Below, one piece after another: positions 63,321-64,000 of a stretch of DNA of 64,000 nucleotides. The number at the start of each line of letters is the position of its first letter. Positions within the stretch are counted from its first letter, which is position 1. The DNA comes from Pseudorhodobacter sp. (GTDB lineage Bacteria > Pseudomonadota > Alphaproteobacteria > Rhodobacterales > Rhodobacteraceae). The notes beneath the pieces are model-generated. The model was not told the DNA's origin. It made no database searches and saw nothing but the letters and a program-made list of their open reading frames with translations. The position numbers and the translations under genes are program-made. Location: positions 1,128 through 65,127 of the forward strand of contig JAQWYA010000057.1 in the NCBI GenBank assembly GCA_029254215.1, given 5' to 3'.

Positions 63321-64000
63321 GCTGCGGCCTTCTGGGGGCAGAGCCCGAGGATCTCGGGGCACAGCGGCAGGCCGATGCGGGCGCAGGCGCTGGCCAGCTG
63401 ATCCGCTGCCCCTGCCCGCCAGTCGTCAAAGGCCGATCCCTCAAAAACCACCCGCGAAAGCGCCTGCGCCAGACTGGGCGCGCCCGAGAGGTCCGCCATT
63501 GGCAGGCGCGGCAGATGCATGGTTTCGGCAAGTTCCGACGTGCGGCTGTCATGCGTAATGATGATGCCCGGAATGCCCGCCGCCAGCCCCGCCATTGCCC
63601 CATGCAGCCGGGTTCCGATGACAAAATCCTGATCGCGCAGGGCGGTAATCCACTCCGGCGCGCTAAGGTAGAAGCGGTCCCTTTTGGCAAGGCAGGCCAG
63701 AAATTCGGGCAGGGGTTGATCGGGCGACAGTATCGTTGCCAGCGACAAAATGGCCTGCGGGGTCACCTCATGCCAGCCGCCCAGCGCGGCCTTCATCACC
63801 GAAATTCCGCCCGATTGCTGGATATAGAGGCCCTTCATGTCCTGCATCCAGCGAAACAAAAGCCGCTCAACCTCGCGTTTTGCGGGGTTGGAGGAGACCT
63901 CGAACGGAGCTGCGGCATTGATGGCAATCCGGGGGGAGGCCGAAAGCCCCCGCGCAATCGCCTTTTCAAGCTTTTGCCCCAAGGCGGGGTCGCGGTTCAG
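63317..64000 (-). CDS. polysaccharide pyruvyl transferase family protein (5' end beyond right edge)
   Basis: FVIGTRLHGAMAGLAAGIPGIIITHDSRTSELAETMHLP resembles the PS_pyruv_trans C-terminal motif. The frame is open to base 64000 (LNRDPALGQK...). Confidence 0.6.
   Translation of the reverse strand: MNRDPALGQKLEKAIARGLSASPRIAINAAAPFEVSSNPAKREVERLLFRWMQDMKGLYIQQSGGISVMKAALGGWHEVTPQAILSLATILSPDQPLPEFLACLAKRDRFYLSAPEWITALRDQDFVIGTRLHGAMAGLAAGIPGIIITHDSRTSELAETMHLPRLPMADLSGAPSLAQALSRVVFEGSAFDDWRAGAADQLASACARIGLPLCPEILGLCPQKAAA

Noticed and set aside
1-64000. Scan for CRISPR arrays, tRNA/rRNA genes, transposases, integrases, toxin-antitoxin pairs and known defence-system genes
   Set aside because: None was recognisable. 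Every gap longer than 100 bp was read on both strands and contains only hairpins, the repeated motif or origin-like sequence. Small ncRNAs cannot be excluded without expression or covariance data.

Overview
This is a visibly GC-rich alphaproteobacterial chromosome segment. Protein sequences and gene order look Rhodobacterales-like. I call about 64 CDS and found no rRNA, tRNA, CRISPR array, transposase or integrase. Most of the window is tightly packed housekeeping DNA with many 1-4 nt start/stop overlaps.

The main structural result is that the window appears to span the replication-origin neighbourhood:
- The block parB-parA-rsmG-mnmG-mnmE-rho-hemJ (42.5-50.0 kb) is entirely on the minus strand.
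- A 416-bp AT-rich gap with DnaA-box-like sequences (49985-50400) is the candidate oriC.
- maf-aroE-coaE-dnaQ (50.4-53.1 kb) follows, entirely on the plus strand.
- Three near-perfect parS sites (TGTTTCACGTGAAACA) lie 3.5-9.3 kb to the left, all inside coding sequence.

Other content:
- LPS genes waaA-lpxK, followed on the opposite strand by a convergent phosphoglycosyl transferase/epimerase/MarR string.
- Heme genes hemH, hemJ and hemW.
- The hrcA-grpE and rph-rdgB-ridA-hemW modules, plus mutS, maeB, argG and ilvA.
- A NaChBac-type voltage-gated sodium channel.
- A response-regulator/PP2C phosphatase paired divergently with an Hpt protein.
- A gene pair of unknown pathway: a sulfotransferase-like protein and a class IV aminotransferase.

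The only clearly accessory-looking part is the right end (58.0-64.0 kb). It holds a DUF2793 phage/GTA tail-fibre-like gene beside a minus-strand glycan-modification operon. That operon encodes a pyruvyl transferase, an FkbM methyltransferase, a SAM methyltransferase and an 802-aa two-domain glycosyltransferase, and it is cut by the window edge.

I also noticed a 17-invariant-position motif, AGGTATTT-N3-CCAA-R-AAGAA, present four times and only in intergenic DNA. I cannot assign it to a known element.

All calls come from reading the ORF translations and the sequence by eye. No searches or computations were run. Product names reflect recognised motifs and remembered family features.
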